A stretch of DNA of 64,000 nucleotides from NCBI RefSeq assembly GCF_036321535.1, contig NC_087437.1:88166001-88230000 (forward strand), read 5' to 3'. Shown here piece after piece: positions 37,461 through 51,742 of this stretch. The notes under the pieces are model-generated. The model saw only the letters and a program-made list of their open reading frames with translations. It was not told the DNA's origin and ran no database searches. How positions within the stretch are numbered: position 1 is the stretch's first letter; the number at the start of each line of letters is the position of its first letter. The stretch comes from Camelus dromedarius. Its lineage: Eukaryota. Both the position numbers and the translations under genes were made by a program.

Positions 37461-38687
37461 AGTGATAGTGGAATGGATGGTGAGAAACTGACAAAGTTTA
37501 GAACTGCTGAGAGTCCAGATTTGTAACCAAGTTTGTAAGACTCTAAAGTCCAAAATATAAGATATTTTATTCTGTTAAAGAATAATTTTGGAAGGCTTTA
37601 AGGGATTTTTGCCTTCTGCTGAATGAAATGCAGATCACAGACATTTAAAAGACATTAAAAATTAGTTATCCTCTTCAAAATTAGTTATCCTCTATTTTTC
37701 TATATTGGGTCTATTTATTACGGAAAAAAATCACTAGGATCATTCCTTCTTTTGTAAGTTACGTGTCATGTGTTATAAATCTGTATGGCTGGCTTTAGAT
37801 AGGAATATTAATTTTAAGAACATGGATTATATATTAGATATTATTCCTATTCATCATAGTCTGTATCTGTGATATAATTTTGATGATTTAATCATCGCTA
37901 TTCATTCTCTACCAGAACTAGACAAGTTTGCAGGAATTTGTCTTTACTGGAAAATATTTTAATTTGGTGCAACATAAAAATATTTGCTAAGTTGTATTTC
38001 TGAAAATTCAGAGACAATTTTCTCCTGCTTATCTCCATTCTGACTCATTGTGCTCTTCGAGCAGCAAGAATGAACATGATAAAATCACAAAATAATCCTA
38101 GGTAGAGCGATGTCATAAAGGAAGGAGGTAAGACATAAAAACACCCTAACGAGTCTGGAACAGTAAAATGGTAACACAGGCTGTAACTCTGTGAAAGCAT
38201 TGTCAGCATCGATGGAAGCTGAGGCACATCATTCTTACTAATAATGTTGCAAGCACTGTGTTCTGAGATCCTCAGAGGGTAAAAACTTAATGTGAGGACA
38301 TACAGACTGAACTTTGTAAGAGTAGTTCACAAGCCTTTTATTCTATTCTTAGAGGAATGGTAGAGGCTGCACTATTTCCTACATTACATTTTTCTAAATG
38401 CACATCTTTACACTGGCACAAATAGAGAAGAAAATTGGTTAGCTGCGTATGCTGCAAAGATTTTTTTAATTTAACCCTTTTGGTTTAATAACTATTACTG
38501 GCAACTGATTGGAGGTTTACCTTCCTCAGTACTATTGGGAGAAATTCTTTGCAGAAAAGTTTCATTTTATGTATGCCACAAAGAACAAGCGTAAACGTCA
38601 AACCTATGTTCTACAAGTATAGACTGTCCCTTTGGAAAACTTCAGCTTTTAAATCATGTTCAAATGTATTTACTTCTACATATTTCA

Positions 38688-38790
38688 TTTTTTAAAAAAA
38701 TAGACTTTATTATTTTTAGAGCAGTTTTAGGTTCATAGCAAAACTGAATGGAAGAAGGTACAGAGGCTTTGCATGTACCCTCTGCCCCAT
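38688..38790 (-). mobile_element. L1 (L1MA/MB-like) 3' end
   Basis: 'tagactttattatttttagagcagttttaggttca.agcaaaa.tga...aaggtacagag'. Confidence 0.75.
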
Positions 38791-39699
38791 GCCTGATTTT
38801 AACATGCTACTTTATTCTGATATGGGTAATATAATGGATAGAAAAAGATTCTAGAAATATGGCAACTAAATGCAACCCACTTTTCTTTCACTTTCAATAT
38901 CAAATTCACTCTCTTTTACGATTCTGCCATTCAGACTGGCTGAGAGATTTGGAGAAGAAGGATGGCAGGGCTTTAACTGTCAGTTTTGGAGAAAAGCCTA
39001 AGAGGCAGGCTTGGGAGGGCGCCAGGGTAAAACTCTGAACACATCTGATTTTAGGAAGAGCTTGATCCATGGAGATCTCTGGAAGATCAGGGTTTACAGT
39101 AAGGATTCATCAGGTCTCCACGGTTTGTATCCAGAGGGCAACAGGCGGCTAAATTCTCTCCATCCTAAGGCTTGGAGAGCACAAGGGAACAGAGGAATGG
39201 ACAGCCGCCTTCAGATGCCTTGGGAGACCAAGCTGGCTGTCAACATATCACTACTTACAAGAGAAGAGATCCCAGCATCAGCCATTATTGATTGTCTGGC
39301 CTTCCAGTATTGAAGGAATCTCAGCAGAGAAAGAGAATCCCATTAAATACGTAAAGAACTGTTAAGAATAAACCTATGAGGGTGGGAGAGAGGGCCAGAT
39401 TAAGAGACAGAGAGAGAGAATGAACAATGAAGACAGAGGAAATACAGCTGCTTGAGGAGACATAAACAACCTGGTCAAACAACCACCACAGGCACAACCA
39501 CAAATACTTAAAAACATTCAGGAATAAAACAATGTCTTATTTCTAGAGCTGCAATCACATATTAAACTTTTAAACATTAGAAATGTTTAAATTTTTTAAC
39601 ATTAGAAGATCAGTAGATGATCGGATGGCAAGATCAAGTCTTAAATTTAAATTAGTGATTTGGAATTTCAAGAGGAAAAACATCTCAAATAAATAATGC

Positions 39700-42360
39700 C
39701 ACAAGACTGTATAATAAAGAGATTCGATTTTACTTATTGCAAATAAATGGGTTTTTTGATTATAAACAAAAAAATAAAAATTAATACTAGAACTATGTTT
39801 CTCCAAATCTTTACTACTTAGAAATTAAGATGTATCATTGAAAATAACTCAGATGAAAAAGGAAATCGAAGCTGGAGTTAAAATTTTAAGAAATTAATGA
39901 AAAGTTTAACCCTTCACACCAAAATATATGGAAACTAACAAAAGCTATTTAAAAAAACAAAGATATAGTGTCTTGGTTTCCATAATTAATAAAGAAAAAG
40001 GATAAAAAACCCCAGAAATTTAGAAAAATGAACAAAAGAGATCAACAAAGATAAATCCTATAATCAGTTAACTATAAAGGAGAAATCTTAGAACTTAAAA
40101 ATAAATCTCAAATTTGATTCTTATACAACCAACAAAGTAGATAAAACACTAATAAAATATATTTGAGAAAACAGAAATGACGAGCTTAAGAAGAATAAAA
40201 AACAAATCATAAAACTATAGTGTTTTAGAATAACTATAAGAATCATTAAAGAACACTACATGTAACATTTTGGAAGTAGAGTTCAAGTCTTAGAGAAAAT
40301 GATTTCCTAGAAAAATATTAATTACTAAGATTAATGTGAGAGTGGATCAATTACTGTAGACATAAATGGAAAGATTTTTAAATGATGACATTAAAAAGGC
40401 ACCAAGACAAGATGGATGCACAGCTAAATTTTTCTAGCTTTTAAAAGTAGGCATTAAAATATTATTTAAACTATGTCAGATTATGGCTAAATTATAAAAC
40501 TTTATTGAAGGACATAAAAATATGAACTATGAAATACCATGTTTTGGGGAAGAAAATTGCAATTAGAATCACAATAAGGCTTAGTTTAAAGCACTAAGAC
40601 AAACAAATTTCTCAAGGAAGAATAAATGTCTAAGAACAGCAAAGTAAATATAAAAAAGATTATAAGGAGGAATTTGCTTTAGCAAATAGTTCATATTAAA
40701 AACAGATCATAGAGTTGCTTATAAGAACGAAAATAGATCAATGTAGTAGAATAAAGATTCTACAAATTTTTTGCAGAATATGTGAAAATTTAATGTGCAA
40801 CAAAGGCAGTATCAATTCAGTGGGGGAGAATGTGGTTCATTCAATAAACATATCTGGGTATTATTATTAATTTTTTGCTGATATTTATTATTTTGTTGAA
40901 ATATGGTTGACCTATATTAGTTTCAGGTGTACAATATAGTTATTCAATATTTTTATAGATTACTACCATACAAAGTTACTATAAAATATTGACTATATTC
41001 CTTGTGCTGAACATTATATCCCTGTGACTTCTTTATCTTCAAACTAGCAGTTTCAACTTCTTAATCCCTTTCACCTATTCTACCCCTACCCTGTCCTCTC
41101 CTCTGGTAAACACTAGTTTGTTCTCTCTATCTGAGTCTATTTCTGTTTTGTTGTATTTATTCATTTGTTTTGGTTTCTAGATTTCATATATAAGTGAAAA
41201 CATAACAGTATTTGTCTTTCTCTGTCTGACTTATTTTACTAAGCGTAATACCCTCCCTGTCCAACCATGTTGTTACAAATGGCAAGTTTCATTTTTTATA
41301 GCTGAGTAATACTCCATTTTATATATATTATATTATATATATAATATATATATACCTCACATCTTTTTTATTCATTCATCTGTCAATGAGTATTTAAGTT
41401 GATTCTATATTTTTGCTATTACAAATAGTGCTGCTATGAACATGGGGGTGCATAATATATTTTTCCAAATTAGTGTTTATATTTTCTTCAGATAAATACC
41501 CAGGAGTGGAATTCTGGATAATCTGGGTATTATTTAAGGATGAAAGTAAGTTGGGTTTGTCTTCATATGATATGCAAAAGAAATTCCAGATGGATTAAGG
41601 CTAGCAATTTTAGAAGTAAACTTTGGATGTTACATGTAAAATTTAAGGATGGGAGAGACTTCTTAAATAAGAACAGAAATGCATAAGCTATAAAGAAATA
41701 CAGAGAGACTTTTTCTACAAAATTTGTAATGAGAATGGTAGATTAAAGGCTGAAATCCAATGAAAAATTGTTACATTGACAAGAAGACAAAATGCAATAG
41801 AAACTTGAACTGGAAAAGCAATTATCAATATAATCAGTTCACACTAGAGAAACTTAAAAGGCTAATAAATATAGCAATATGGTGAAATAGTATTAGGGGA
41901 ATAAAATACCATTTCATACATGTCATACTGGAAATAATATTTGTTTCTGGTGGAGAGATTAGGAAAAACACATTCACATCAATTATCTGTAGAAAATGTA
42001 GAAATGTACATTGTTCAAGCTTTTTGGGGCCAGGGAGAGGAATCTATCACTATCTATTTCAATTTAAAAGATACACATCCTTAGATCTGGCAATCCCACT
42101 CCTGTAAATCTATCCCATAGCAATTAAAGTGCCAATTCATTACGTTCGATGTTCAGGGATGTTGACTGTAACACTGCAAAAAAAAAAAAGTACTATTGAT
42201 GAGTAATTGGATTAATTATGGCACATCAATAGCATGGAATATTAGGTTGTCCCTAAAAAGAGTGAATTAGTGTAGTTGACTTTAAGATTCCAACGACATT
42301 ATATTAAGTAACAATAGCAAAATGCAAATAAATGTATACAATATTATATTTTTAAAAAGC
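39700..42360 (+). mobile_element. Highly decayed L1 (L1ME-like) ORF2/3' region
   Basis: A-rich, with L1 landmarks 'aggcaccaag..agatgg', 'aaattccagatggattaa', 'gcaatcccactcctg..aatctatcc'. Confidence 0.65.
40866..41520 (-). mobile_element. L1 3' end inserted into an older L1, with 14-bp TSD
   Basis: 'ttagtttcaggtgtacaa...tatttgtctttctctgtctgacttattt.actaagc.taataccctc...gctgctatgaacatggggg'; TSD ATCTGGGTATTATT at 40852-40865 and 41521-41534. Confidence 0.92.
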
Positions 42361-44353
42361 ATACAAAGCCCCATACATAAGCAAATTTTGACAGATTACT
42401 ATCTGAGAGTGAAAATGAAATGCCTGGAGGGTTATAGAATAAAAAAGAAGTTAAAAAAAGATAGTAATTAAAAATCCACATGACATGCTTTCATTTCAGA
42501 ATAATCATACCTATGTAAATGATACATGCATAAAGAAATCTGAACAATAGATCTATCTGTTTGTCAGACGATCACGGTATATTAAGTGAAAAACAACTGC
42601 AAAGTAATGGACATAACAGTGTTGTTGTGGTAAAACAGAAATTAAAGACCAACATTTAAAAATGTATAGGTCTCTATCAACCATGAGAAAAATGTGAAAA
42701 GATTCACCCCAAGCTTGTTAATATTTTTGCTTCAGTGGGATGAGAGCAGAGGTGAGACTCTGGCAGACAGGCAGAAATGGTTAACTTTGCATTTAAGCAT
42801 AACTATTTTGTTTCACTTAACTACAAAACAATCAAAGACAAATAAAATTTAGAAATTTTAGAAAGGTAGTACATACATATTATAGGCAACGATAGAAAAT
42901 TTACATAAATAAAAAATTATGAAGAAAATAAAAATCACTTAATTCCAGAAAACAGAAATACCTACTGTTAGTATATTTTTGATTAATTTTTTCTAGTTTT
43001 TTTCTATTCCTGTATAGAATTAAATGTGCATATAAAATTTATATATGCCATTTTGCATTTTCATATATTAAGTAATCATTTGTATATTTAATTTTATAAA
43101 TTTTATATTCATGTTTCTTCCCATTTTGTATTTGGATGTTTGTGTATGTGTATGTGTGTGTGTACTATATACCTTAAAAAAGAATAATACACTTACTTGT
43201 AAAAATTAACATTTCTGAATATACTTGCCATAAGAGTATTTTAATTAAAGCAAATTAACAGGGTAATTAGCCATAAAATGACATTTCACTATTTCCTAGA
43301 AAATTCCTAAAAATCCAAAAAATTCAACTCCAGTGTGAAAAACTTGGAATTTCTGTTTCAAAAGCAGTAAATCATCTTATGTAGTTAAGATACAATTATT
43401 ATCCTTGAAGAATTTGTATTTAAACAGGAACATGTTCATTGAAACTTCATGCTCAAGAGAAGGAGCTGTAATATTACAGAATAGTGTCTTTTTTCCCATT
43501 TCCAACACTAAAAGCCAGTACTCTATCGTGGAAATAACACTGGATTTGTAGTTCAAAAAAACTCCCCCAAAACAAATACTGACTATGTTGCTTTGTAGCT
43601 GGGTGATTTAGAAAAGTCATTTGTCCTTTTATGAGCCTTATTTTTCTCATTTATTAAATTGCAAAGTTGTATAAAGTAGGCATTCTCTCTCACTTATCTT
43701 GCTTTGTCTTTACACCACTTCTATTAAGTCACGCTATGCTTATTTATCTGTTTACTGTTCCTCTCCTCCCCCTGGAATGTCAGCTCCACAAGAGAGAGGA
43801 TTTGGGGTTACTGCTTATCCCTAGCGCCTAGAAGGCTAGCACACAGTTAGTGCTCCCTTAAAAAAAGTCAGAAGGATTGCCTGCCTGTTGTGTGCCAAGT
43901 GCTGAGGATCTGATGAGGAATAAAACCCTTGTTCATAAGGAATTTATAATCCAGTGGATGGATTTCTGAGTGCAAATGCCAAAATCCTCTTTTCAGAGAA
44001 CACAGTCCATCTCTAAATAAGAAATTAGGACTTAAAAATGGAAATAAAACATATAAAATGTCCAAATTATCTGAAAAATATATTAACTTAACTCAAATAA
44101 TGAGAACTCAATGCACAGACATACATGAAAAAAATTTTTTTTTCTATGTAGACCTTACGCCGTGCCCTGCCTTGTTTGTAAAAGAAAGGGACAGTGAAGG
44201 ACCAGCAATACGCTAATATGATATCTATGGCAAGAACTTAATTGCATTTGAAGCACAAAGTACTTCAAAACAGGACACACAATGTACACATCAAACATAA
44301 AGTACATTCAGGAAGAACACAATTCACATTTAACATCTTAAAGTGAAAACTAC

Positions 44354-44866
44354 TGTAATAGAAAAGAGCTAATCTGACTCCATATTGGATCTGTTCCTTC
44401 AACTTTAACCCTGTGCTCTGTTTCCTAGACTTAATCTCGCTGGTTCCACACCATTTGTAAAAGAATGTTGCCTATAGCCTGAAATACAGGATAGCCCATT
44501 CTCAAGGCTCTGACTTTTAAGGATATTAACACTTTTCCATTTATATAAAGATAGCAAGTTGCAGAATAGCAAATAACATTTGTTTTGTTAGAGGTTTACA
44601 GGGACACTGTGATCTGACCCACGTGAACAGCTGCAAGAACAAAGGATTCTGACACCAAGAAGTTTGCAACAGGCACACCTCCTCCCCTTTTTAGTATAAA
44701 AGGAGCCTGAATTCTGACTTGGGGAAGACAGTTCTCCAGGACATTAGTCTGGCATCTTCTTGGTCTGCCAGCTTTCCAAATAGTTGCTATTCCTTGCCCC
44801 AACACCTTGTCTTCCTATTTATTGGCCTGTTGTGCAGTGAGCAGATCGAGTTTGGACTTGGTAACA
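44354..44866 (+). mobile_element. ERV1-class solo LTR (possibly MER41-related)
   Basis: TGT...ACA termini, 'gactccatattgga', TATA 'gtataaaagg', degenerate poly(A) region 'gctttccaaata', end 'tttggacttggtaaca'; 513 bp. Confidence 0.8.
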
Positions 44867-46487
44867 ATATGAAATATTAAAGAAATAATGTTGTAAACAG
44901 AATCCAGAATAACATATTAATGTTACCTTAAGAAGTTAAAATAATTTTAGCCTGTATTGAGGCCACTAGCACAAATAAAAAGACTTTTTATAAGTTGTTT
45001 TCACTTTTGCTTTTATTAATACTTTGATCTCTGAGACTGTTCTTTAGTAAATATAAACTATAACTACCTGTAGAAAACTTCTGGCATAATTTTAGATACA
45101 CACAGGTAAAACCCTAGGGACTTAAATTATATAGGTCCACCTGAATAATGGAGTCTGTCAGCCAGACTTTGAGGTATTTCATAGAAGCCTGTCTGAACGT
45201 GGAAACCTTCATCACGAAACTTAGCTTTGCTAAGACCCAACTACAGCGCCCATAGAACAAGTCCTTTCATTCCTGAAGTTGAATGAGTGGCTGTTCTTTT
45301 ATAGTTCTTAGAGGAATTTTTCAGCTTTTAAAAATTACTTGACTATAGTCTCTGGTAGAGGAAAATCAATCTTTTCCTGGGGCAGACATCCTGATACACT
45401 AGAGACTAAGTGCCACTGGTTTGTTTTGAGAGGAATCTGAGTGTTATGAAGTTCTCTGATTTGTAATCTGTAGAGATTTCCAGCCTCTTGCTCTTTCAGA
45501 AAGACGTGTTTTGCTGTAAGGATTTTAGAACCATCACATACGTGGATATTTCATCATGACTTCTCTGACTTTAATAACATAGTAGTTGTCATTATTTTAG
45601 AGTCTGTTTTCCAGGAAACCATTTTACTGAAGCAAAAACCTTGACATATAAAATTCTGTTACAGCTCAAGTGATGCTTTATAACCTATTTCAAAGTGTTG
45701 GTCTCTTATAAATGCTATTGTTTTGGGTTGCTGGATTGTTAATATTCAAATATTCTTCAATTTCCAGAAGAGTGAGTATACAATATAACCTTAATAGGAA
45801 TGAAGAGATTCTTTCTCCCAAACTAATCAATCTCTAATTTTAAGAGATGAGGTGGCAAAAAAAAAGTGACCATGAGTGAGGCATAAGTAGCAGTTCTTGG
45901 GAAATTTTCGAAAGTAAGAGATTTAATTTAATTTAATTTTTTTAGGTTACTGAGTTTCACAGAATTTCAAATAGTGTGTAGAGAATGTGTTTTCTTTAAA
46001 CTAGCTGCTCCACTGGCCAGAGTTCTCAACTACCCTTACTCCCTCATATATTTGCCATTACAATTAGCAGGATAATGGATTAATACTTTAGTTCTTCCAT
46101 GCCCTTCCAAATATGTAATGAAATTATAAGTAAAGAAAAATTTTTACTGCCAATTATTATTAAAAGAATTGATTTATGATGGGAATTTCAGGGACTAAGG
46201 TAAACCTAGGGAACTATTTTTTTATGAAGGGCGCCTTTAGACTCAGATTACAGCATGTAGCTAACCACTCACTCTACTAAGGAACAGGTTAAGTCCCTCC
46301 TAGAACTTTCCATCAAAGAAACTGTTAGATTTTAAGAAGGCACAGTTATCCAAATTCTATTGCCTCTTCTTCTCTATTATTTCCATAATGCATGTGTACA
46401 GTTCAACTAGCTTACATTTGAGTCCATTCTTGAGGGATACTGCAACAATTTAAATGTAAAATGCTTCACTACAAAGCAACAAAAGGC

Positions 46488-46945
46488 ATTCACAGCAATA
46501 AAAATGAACCAACTATTGATATATACAATAGCTTAGACTGATCTCAAGGGCACGCTGTTTAGTGAAAAAAGCCAATCTCAAAATTTCATATGCTATATGA
46601 TTACATTCATATAACCTTCTCAAAATGACAAAATTAGGCAGATGGAAACCAGAGTATTGGCTGTCAGGGGCTCAGGGTTATGGGAGAGAGAGTGGGGGCA
46701 ACATGAAGGGGTTATTTGTAGTGACAGAATAGTCCTGTATCTTGTTTGTGGTGGTAGTTTCATGAATTTACACTTTTAATAAAATGGTATTGAAATATGC
46801 AAGCACATTTTAACAAAGCTAATTTCCTGGTTTTGATAATGTTTTAAAGTTTGTGAAATGTAACTTTTAGGGTAACTGTCAAGTGTACCTGCAAACTCTT
46901 TGTACTGTTTGGCAACTTCCTGTGAATCTATTATTTCAAAACGAT
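46488..46945 (+). mobile_element. L1MC-like 3' UTR
   Basis: 'cagcaataaaaatgaac.aacta...gtgaaaaaagccaatctcaaa...caaaatgacaaaatta...gcaacttcctgtgaatcta'. Confidence 0.85.
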
Positions 46946-47499
46946 AATTTTAATCATTTGAAACTTTTGCCTGTGAATATCATTTTTAATTTAAGATAAA
47001 TTAAAAAATATTCTATCATATATCAGAGATACCAAATAAGCCCAAATCTGAAGTGTTGAAGTCTGTTTTGCATAAAATAAAAAATGTCTTTTGTGTTCAA
47101 TCACCTCCCCTGTGCATTATATTTTAGTAACAGATTAAAAATTTCAAAATGTAAAGGCAAGAATCAGAATTCAAGAAAATGGATTCTAATAAATGCACCA
47201 GCCAAAATGATATAGGAAGTGTCAGAGTGAGAAGGAAGAAAAGAAGTAGAGTAATTCCATGAATTTTTACTGGCGTTTTCTGTGTAGACTTCTAAAAATG
47301 TCCTTTGTGTCTTATTCAGCAAAAAGGGCTATGGCAGTATATCTTGTTTTAAAGCCCCTAAACAGATTTAGGGTTTAAAATGATGAATGTGATATTATAT
47401 TTTCTACAGGGTTTATAACAGTAACGGCATGGGTCTCAGACCAGCAGAACTCTGTTTAACTCTGGCTGTGTGATTTGCTAGCTTCGTGACTCCATGGGT

Positions 47500-48100
47500 T
47501 ATAAAGGAGCGACAGGGTAAAAAAAGCTACTTGCAAGTGAGCTGAGTCAATGGAGGAAAAAAAAAAGGGTTGGAGTCAGAGGGATAATTAAATACTTGTT
47601 TAGGGAAATCAAAGGCAAAAAAGATTTAAGAACATGTGAGTGGTCAGCCTAAAGAGCCAAACATCTAAGGAGTTCAAATTGTATGAAGATCCACAGCATC
47701 TGCGAGAACTGACACATGCATGGCCATTGTAATGTGGATGAAAGCAAGTTGAGTCTAGTGGTGGTCATTGTTGAGGAATAAATGAAACAAGAAAAAGTGG
47801 AAAAATATCACATGAAGTCATCCTCAGGATGACAGATGCCAAGGAAAGGAGAGAGATGGGCAGTAGTTAGAGAAAGATACAGTCACGGAGTGAGAGAGAT
47901 CTTATGAGTGGAAGAGAAAGGATCATGGAGACAGGTTAGAGACAAGGGCATGGGGGACAGCTGGTGGACCAAGGTCCCTGGAGTGGCTGGAAGGCACAGA
48001 ATTCAGAGGAAAGGGAAAATGTTTATCCTGGCACTAGAAGGGTCCCTCTTTCATAGAGAGGAGAGAAAACTGAAGGGATGGTGTTTTGATTAGTACTCGT
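47500..48100 (-). mobile_element. Decayed L2
   Basis: Purine-rich L2-like body ('aaggaaaggagagagatgggcagtag'). Confidence 0.5.
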
Positions 48101-48699
48101 TTCCTCAATCATTTACTCCAGCTAACTCAGCCCTTTATAGCCTTTCTCCTTAATGGTTACTTCCTATTAGCAATTATTGTATCATTAAAATTCTTTTTGA
48201 GTGGGTTTTTTTTTTACTTAAATCTGCTTTCTCTCCAGAGATCTTAAATAATCCTTTTACTTTCTGAAAGAAACTGTTAATAATCTCAGTCACTATTTCC
48301 AGACAGTATTCTCATAGATGAAATAAATTCTAAAAAAATTAATAAGTAAATAGAAACATAACACACTGATTTCAGGTAAAGGATACAACAAAAATATTCT
48401 TCAATGGTGATAACTATGACATAGTAATAACATTTTATCTGCCCTAAGAGAGGAACTAACACATTCAATGTAATGTAATCAAGGGTAATGGGTTAAGTAC
48501 TGTTCAGTTCAAAAATACATATTTACAAAAGAGAATATGAGACAAGAATTTTGAAAATTGTCAGCCAATATATATTTTTTAAAATAATTTAAAATAAATT
48601 ATAAAGATGCATTTGAGGTCTTTAAGATTAGGCTATTTCTACTGTAAAACTAAAAAAGACATTTCTTGTTTTCCCCCATAGATAAGCTATTCTCTCTCC

Positions 48700-49160
48700 T
48701 AGTACCAGCATCCTGATTTTCCTTAGAGTGACTCCTCTCCATTCTTTTTCCCTGTAATTTTGGTGAGGCTGGCCACACACTTAGCTTCTGGTTTGCCAAC
48801 ATGCCTCAGGTTGGCTAATCAAATAATTACAATGATGCTCAATTCTGGAAACTGAACATCTGGGAATTACTGGAAAAGAGATTTTCTGTTCCATTGGCAT
48901 TGCTAAGCTAGTAAAACGTAAGCCTGCAGTTGCTGTGATTCTCATTTCTATAAAGATAATGAAAGCTTGATAATCATGCTAACAGAGGAAAACAGAGTTG
49001 AGAATATGGAGAAAAATCGAGGCTTTATGACATTGTGTGAAACCCTGAACCCCTGATGTGTTCAAATATATAAGTCAAATTCCTTTTCTTTATTAACAGA
49101 AAATAGTTTGACTGGATTGTTGATATTATAACTTTAAAAAATCCTATTTAGTACTCTTGA
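48700..49160 (+). mobile_element. Old MaLR (MLT1-type) LTR
   Basis: 'ggtgaggctg.cc...ctggaaaagagattttct..tcc..tgg...gtaagcctgcagttgctg...gacattgtgtga..ccctgaa'. Confidence 0.55.
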
Positions 49161-50742
49161 AAGTATCTAAGACATTTAGGGAATTAATATTGACTAATTA
49201 ACTATGTTGAGGAATCCATATCCTTCTGAATTCTTTGTAAACATAATAAATCTGTGAAAATGGATGTTTCTTATCATAAAAAAACTTAGCATATTGATAT
49301 GGGTAATATGGAGTGGTCTTCTTATAATCAATCAAGTATTTTCTGTTGTAATATTATATTAGTATCTCAAAGTTAGAAGTTACCATCATTAATTTATAAT
49401 TATAAATCTAAGGATAAGAATGAGTAGATACTGTAGTACAGCAGTGTCTGAAGGATTAGTGAATTACTTCTATCCAGTGCTATCAGCTTCTCAGAGATGG
49501 GGGCATTTCAAATACCACTTGAAGTTACCGTTTGATGGGAGATATAACATACCAATAAATATCACTGCTTAGTAAGTTGCAAACTAACTAAACTTAAAGT
49601 ATTAAGCAAATTTGTGGCATCACCTTAATTCACCACTAATTGAATGCTTCTATTATTCAAAACAAATGACTGGTTTTTATGAGAAAAAAAAAACCCACTT
49701 GTGGATACCAAATTATTTTCCAAATAAAAGCTGAGTGTGACTCAAGGTGAAGAACAAGTAAAATCTGGGAAATTATTATTTATTAGGACACATTATTATG
49801 TGACCCTGAGCACAAAAAGCAAAAGCTAAAAGAGGAAATGTTCTTCCTCATATTAAAAACAACATCTCAATGGGTGAGATAATCTTCTTGCTAATGGTAC
49901 TTTTATGAGGACATTGAGTTTATTTACAATCTTAGTTTTCTGTAACATAATAGAATTATTGCCTTCTTTCCTAAAGCTATGACTTGGTTACATAGAATCA
50001 CAAAGACCCCACCTCCCACATACAAGGAAGCTGAGCACTAGCATGGAAGCCATCTGACCAAGATAGCAGTATAACTACTAACAGACCAAAAAAAAAAGCA
50101 TGCTGACTGCTTCGCTGATAGTAAGGGGAATGGATATTTCTTTTCCTGCTGGGTAGAATCCTGGAGAATAATCAGGATAAGCAATATAGGTGTTGGTGTA
50201 GGTTTAATGCTTGTGACCTTACATTTATCAAGCTAGGAGACTTGCCCCAGCACACTTCAACTAAGTCAAGGGTCTGAAAGTGCCCTGAAAAATATTTCTC
50301 ATTTGCTTTACAAGGTACAGATTCAGAGGGTACAGACTAGTTAACAAGTACCCAGGGAAAGATTAATTCACAAGGACCAAAATGGCTCTAACTCATGGCT
50401 AAATTTACTTCTCCTTTGGACATCTTCTTGGGAGAACATATGGTCTAATCATTGATAAATTTCATGATAGGAAGGAATTTGGTTTCAGCTTAAGAATAGA
50501 AAAATGACATAATTTAGTCCTTTACAATGGTAATAATACTTCTTGATTCAGTCCTGGAAGAAAGTACAGGACATTGAAAAATAAATAGCCAAGACCATTG
50601 CTAATTGCTTTGTATGCACAGTCTACTGACTGCAAACTTTGTGAGACAGACACTACAACCACATTGCATCACTGTATAAACTGGGGCTCAGAGAGATTCT
50701 TTACCTTGAGAAAGCATCGCATCTGGTTATGTAGCAGAGTCA

Positions 50743-51202
50743 CAGCTGGCTTCATGGAAGTGCAATCAGTGTAACCAGGCCCAGAAAGGCCCACCCCGGG
50801 CTTTAACGCTCATTACTGTCTTGAGAATCTTATATTATATCTCTGAATTTATATTTTGTGAGTGAAGTCCAATGCAACAATGGAGCATGAGCCAGGGGCT
50901 TGGAGCCTCAGGTCTTGTGTTATACTGCCTTCATTCCCTGCCCCCTGATGCTCTGGACCCCAACTAATTGTGCATTTCTCCTTGTTCAATGCCATGCTCT
51001 TTCCTGGGGGCCAGTGTTGGGTCCACAGGGATAGGGGGAATTCAGTGGCCATCTCTGCCTGGGACTGGTAGCTGGGGACTGGGTAGCCCACTCCTAGAGC
51101 ATATCCCAATACAGAGGCTTTTCTGTCTGCCATGGGGTGGGGCTGCAGGTCCCTGGCATTTTCATTTTGCAATGGATCCTGTGAAGGATTGTAGCCAGCC
51201 TG
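50743..51202. mobile_element. hAT-Tip100 DNA transposon (MER91/Zaphod-like) inserted in a MIR
   Basis: Left end 'cag..ggcttcatgg..gtgc', internal 'gtgaagtcc..tg..acaatggagcatg', right end 'cattttcattttgca...tgtagcc.gcctg'; GAGTCA on both flanks. Confidence 0.8.
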
Positions 51203-51411
51203 GAGTCAGGATTCAAATTCAGTTCTGCTAACAACAAGAACCTCTAGAATTGAAACCAAGTGTATGTGGTTCAGAACTAAAATTAATTTCCCAGACTTAG
51301 CATACTATAGAGGAAAAGGCATTGAATTTGCAATCAAAACTCCTGACTTGGATTCCAGATCCATCATTCATTTTTTGTAGCACCCTGGGCAAGACCCTCA
51401 GTCTGCCTATA

Positions 51412-51742
51412 CCAGGAAATCTGTAAACATTCTGCAGAAGGTCAGAGAGGAAATATTTTCAGCTTTGCAGGCTGTATCATCCCTGTTGCAACTGCTCTTT
51501 TCTCTCACGGTAGCATAAAAGCAGCTACAGACAACACCCAAACAAACGAGCGTGTATAAACAGAGCCTTATTCATGAACGCTGAAACTTGAATTTCCTAT
51601 AATTTTTATGTGCCATGATACATTATCATACTTTTGATTTTTAAAAGCAATTTAAAAACGTAAAAACCATTTCTGGCTCCTGGGCTATCCAAAAACAGGT
51701 AGCAGGATGGCTTTGACACGCAGGTCACAGTTTGCAGGTCTA
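51412..51742. mobile_element. hAT-Charlie MITE (MER58B-like)
   Basis: 'aaatatttt.agctttgcaggc...tgttgcaact.ctc...aaagcagct.cagacaa...gaa.ttgaatttc.tataatttt...aaaaacaggt.gc.gg...agtttgc'; ~330 bp. Confidence 0.85.
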
